Assembly (NCBI GenBank): GCA_040398005.1
Contig: JBBAUX010000008.1
Span: forward strand, 19,155-50,600
Source of the DNA: Opitutales bacterium
GTDB taxonomy: Bacteria > Verrucomicrobiota > Verrucomicrobiia > Opitutales > UBA953
Reading direction: 5' to 3'
DNA: 31,446 bases
Of the stretch, positions 28,554 to 31,446 are shown piece after piece. Position 1 is the first letter of the stretch; each line of letters begins with the position of its first letter. A program made the translations under genes and the position numbers. The notes below the pieces were generated by a model, which was given only the letters and a program-made list of their open reading frames with translations, was not told where the DNA came from and did no database searches.

Positions 28554-29348
28554 ATGCGTTTGTTGGACTCCCATTGTCATCCGCTCTCTCATATTAAAAA
28601 GGGTCAGGTGGAGTCATGGCTCAATGAAATCAAAGCCGTGGGAGTAGAAGGGGTGATTGCGATCGGCACCGATTTGGCTGACTGGACGGAATATCGAAAT
28701 CTAGCTTCAGCACATCCGGATTTTATTCATTATACCGTGGGGCTTCATCCAGGCTATGTGACGGAAGGATGGGAAGAAACGGTGGCAGCGCTTTCACCCT
28801 ATTTCGCCGATACAAGACATCCGGTTGCTCTCGGTGAAATTGGTTTAGACTATTATCGATTGCCAGAAGAGCCCAAGGAGGCAGCACAAATTAAAGAATG
28901 GCAGAAGGGTGCTTTTCAACAGCAGTTAAGACTAGCGTATCAGTTTGGCTGTCCGATTGTGATTCATTCCCGTCACGCTTTTCACGATTGCGTAAAGATG
29001 ATTGATGAAAGTCGGGTCGATTGGAAAAAAGTAGTCTTCCACTGTTTCACCGAAGGACCCGAGTGTGTGAATGAGTTAAACAAACGCGGAGGTCGCGCTT
29101 CATTCACGGGCGTGATTACCTATCCCAATGCTCCCATTGTTTCGGCAGCGTTAAAGGCACAGGGGCTCACGCGACTCATGTTGGAAACAGACGCACCGTA
29201 TTTAACTCCGCAATCCAAACGCGGGCAGGAAAACTCGTCCGCTTATTTGGGGGAGATTGCCCAAAAAGCAGGGGAAATTCTTAATCTGCCGGCAGATGAG
29301 GTTGCGGCCGTGGCGACCTTAAATACCCGCCAATTCTTTCGAATTTGA
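28554..29348 (+). CDS. tatD: TatD-family hydrolase/DNase
   Basis: DSHCH, GLHP, GEIGLD, IHSR, HCF, ETDAPY. Confidence 0.92.
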   Translation: MRLLDSHCHPLSHIKKGQVESWLNEIKAVGVEGVIAIGTDLADWTEYRNLASAHPDFIHYTVGLHPGYVTEGWEETVAALSPYFADTRHPVALGEIGLDYYRLPEEPKEAAQIKEWQKGAFQQQLRLAYQFGCPIVIHSRHAFHDCVKMIDESRVDWKKVVFHCFTEGPECVNELNKRGGRASFTGVITYPNAPIVSAALKAQGLTRLMLETDAPYLTPQSKRGQENSSAYLGEIAQKAGEILNLPADEVAAVATLNTRQFFRI

Positions 29349-29374
29349 ATCTATGAAACCTGATTGTCACACAT

Positions 29375-29403
29375 TCGACGCATAAAAAAGGCATTGGTAT
29401 AAT
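29375..29403 (+). promoter_or_regulatory. Sigma70 promoter with extended -10
   Basis: TCGACG-N17-TATAAT with a TGn extension (TGGTATAAT), ending 13 nt before ATG 29417. Confidence 0.65.
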
Positions 29404-29416
29404 AGGATACAAGTGG

Positions 29417-31216
29417 ATGACAAATTCGCGTCGAGGAGCTAACGAACAAAATTTAAGGGATGCCTTAGGGCCTCTGGGATGGGCGACTCCGGTGCTCGAT
29501 AATTTTTTTAACTCTCGGCAGTTTGACGACTTTCTGCAAAGAGTACTGGCCGCGGGGCGATCAGATTTTTTTGCCTCAGCGAAAGAGCAGGCACAGCTAT
29601 CTTCGACCTGGCATGACTCATGCCTTGCACGTATTCCTCGCGAAGGTCCTTTGGTCGTCATGGCCAATCATCCACACGGATTAGCTGACGGGATTGTGGC
29701 GATGGATTTTTTACTGCGTGTGCGTTCGGACATTTTAGTCGTAGGGAATCGCTGGCTCGCCCAAATCCCGGGAATTCGTCCCTGGTTAATCGAGGTAAAT
29801 CCTTTTAATCCTGACCAAGCCGACTTTGGTAACTTAGCTGGCACACGACGAATTCTTACCCACCTAAAATCCGGCGGTGCGATTTTAACTTTTCCTTCGG
29901 GTGAGGTTTCTAGTTTCACATTCGGTGCGATGAAGGCGCAAGATCCCGTGTGGTCACCGCAAGTGGTGCGAATGGCCCGGATCGCCAAAGCCTCAATTTT
30001 ACCGCTTCATATTGAAGGGAGTAATTCAAAGACTTTCCATTCTCTCGGCTATATTCATTCTAAGTTGCGTACCTTAATGCTACTGAGGGAGTTTAATGCT
30101 AAAAAAGGGAAAGTGATTAGACTGCGTGCGGCCAAAGCCGTTCACCACACACAATTAGAAGATCATCCTGATGATGAAGAAGCGACCAGTTTTTTACGTT
30201 TGCGCTGCGACCTTTTACATAAACGGAAAGACGAGCCGGCCAAAAAAACTGCCAAAGAAACTAGTCACTGGGCCCCGATTATTCCTCCGATTAATCCTAA
30301 ACTAATTCGTGCAGAATTAGAAAGCCTGCCAGTTGAGGACTTATTGTTGACGAGTGGTGACTTTAAAATTTATCGATTCCTTGGTTCGGAGTTGCCGCAT
30401 ACCATGAAAGAAATCGGTCGACTTCGCGAAATTACTTTTCGAGCCGTGTCCGAGGGTACCGGATTAGATTGCGACCGCGATGCGTTTGATGATTGGTATG
30501 ACCAACTTATTTTATGGGACGACAAAGAGTCTAAGATCGTCGGTGGCTATCGTTTAGGGCCGACGGATCGAATTCTTCCGCAAAAAGGAAAACACGGAAT
30601 GTACACGGCCACTTTGTTTGATTTTAAGGGAGAGTTTTTCCGTCGCATGGATCCTGCGCTGGAAATGGGTCGGTCATTTATTCGTGAGGAGTATCAACGC
30701 AAACCGACGAGTCTTCCTTTGTTGTGGCGTGGTATTGGTCGCTACGTGGTAAGATTCCCCCAATACCATTTATTATTCGGACCCGTGAGTATTAATCCGG
30801 AGTACGGTCAGGCCTCCAAGGATTTAATCTTATCCTATTTAAAACATAATCGTACCGCGGAAGATTTGGCGCCACTCGTCCGTGCGAAAAATCCTCCACG
30901 TTCGATGAGTCTACGCGATGCCGACCTGGAAGTGCTGCAACGTTGTGCGTTCGATCTCGAACACGTTTCTGGCCTGGTCAGTGATTTGGAACATGATGCT
31001 AAAGCGGTGCCGGTGCTTTTAAAACATTACCTAAAGTTAAATGGTCGTTTGATTGCCTTTAACGTTGATCAAGGATTCGGTGGCTGTTTGGACGGTTTGA
31101 TTGTTGTCGATTTAACGCAAACTGATCCGAAATTATTATCAGCTTACATGGGCGAGGAGGGTGTTAAGCAATTCATGGCTTATCACGACTTCGACCCCGT
31201 CGTAAGTAGTAAATAA
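29417..31216 (+). CDS. Bifunctional PlsC-like acyltransferase / GNAT N-acyltransferase (OlsF-like aminolipid synthase)
   Basis: N-terminal NHPHGLAD (HxxxxD) and FPSGEV; C-terminal EIGRLREITFR..EG..D.D.FD, GGYR, EMGRSF, LLWRGI, LFGPVSI, P.LLK.YL. Confidence 0.8.
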   Translation: MTNSRRGANEQNLRDALGPLGWATPVLDNFFNSRQFDDFLQRVLAAGRSDFFASAKEQAQLSSTWHDSCLARIPREGPLVVMANHPHGLADGIVAMDFLLRVRSDILVVGNRWLAQIPGIRPWLIEVNPFNPDQADFGNLAGTRRILTHLKSGGAILTFPSGEVSSFTFGAMKAQDPVWSPQVVRMARIAKASILPLHIEGSNSKTFHSLGYIHSKLRTLMLLREFNAKKGKVIRLRAAKAVHHTQLEDHPDDEEATSFLRLRCDLLHKRKDEPAKKTAKETSHWAPIIPPINPKLIRAELESLPVEDLLLTSGDFKIYRFLGSELPHTMKEIGRLREITFRAVSEGTGLDCDRDAFDDWYDQLILWDDKESKIVGGYRLGPTDRILPQKGKHGMYTATLFDFKGEFFRRMDPALEMGRSFIREEYQRKPTSLPLLWRGIGRYVVRFPQYHLLFGPVSINPEYGQASKDLILSYLKHNRTAEDLAPLVRAKNPPRSMSLRDADLEVLQRCAFDLEHVSGLVSDLEHDAKAVPVLLKHYLKLNGRLIAFNVDQGFGGCLDGLIVVDLTQTDPKLLSAYMGEEGVKQFMAYHDFDPVVSSK

Positions 31217-31244
31217 AAAAGGCAGGGGATGAGCCCTGCCTTTT
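31217..31244. terminator. Bidirectional intrinsic terminator
   Basis: AAAAGGCAGGG-GATGAG-CCCTGCCTTTT between convergent genes. Confidence 0.88.
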
Positions 31245-31266
31245 AATATTTATAGGTAGAGTCGGA

Positions 31267-31446
<180 letters not shown>

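Overview
Gene-dense, roughly mid-GC bacterial chromosome segment: 30 complete CDS plus one partial, with no rRNA, tRNA, CRISPR, integrase or transposase seen. The protein style and the very short or overlapping intergenic spaces suggest a streamlined Verrucomicrobiota (Opitutales-like) genome; this is inference, no search was run. Most of the window is housekeeping: trpG/pabA-nrdR-hyp-HIT-tsaB-alr; leuS; galE-HIT-ybeY-queC; queD-queE-carA; kup; yajC-secDF-recJ; ThuA, EVE, TatD, an OlsF-like acyltransferase fusion and the 3' end of a metY-like gene. Two modules stand out. (1) A hexuronate cluster (exuT-like transporter divergent from D-2-hydroxyacid dehydrogenase, Ldh_2-family dehydrogenase, PfkB kinase, UxuB-like SDR and uxaC) with no dehydratase or aldolase. 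Its five enzymes fit a possible dehydratase-free route: glucuronate > fructuronate > mannonate > 2-ketogluconate > 2-keto-6-P-gluconate > 6-P-gluconate. (2) Between queC and queD lies a CxxC/poly-Pro leader-like ORF, a structured C-rich spacer and a Cys/His-tipped outer-membrane beta-barrel, resembling CruR/CutF-type metal-sensing ribosome-stalling systems. A TTG-headed -35-like box also recurs 34-44 nt before start codons, suggesting leaderless or very short-leader mRNAs. Several start codons were moved relative to the supplied ORF track.
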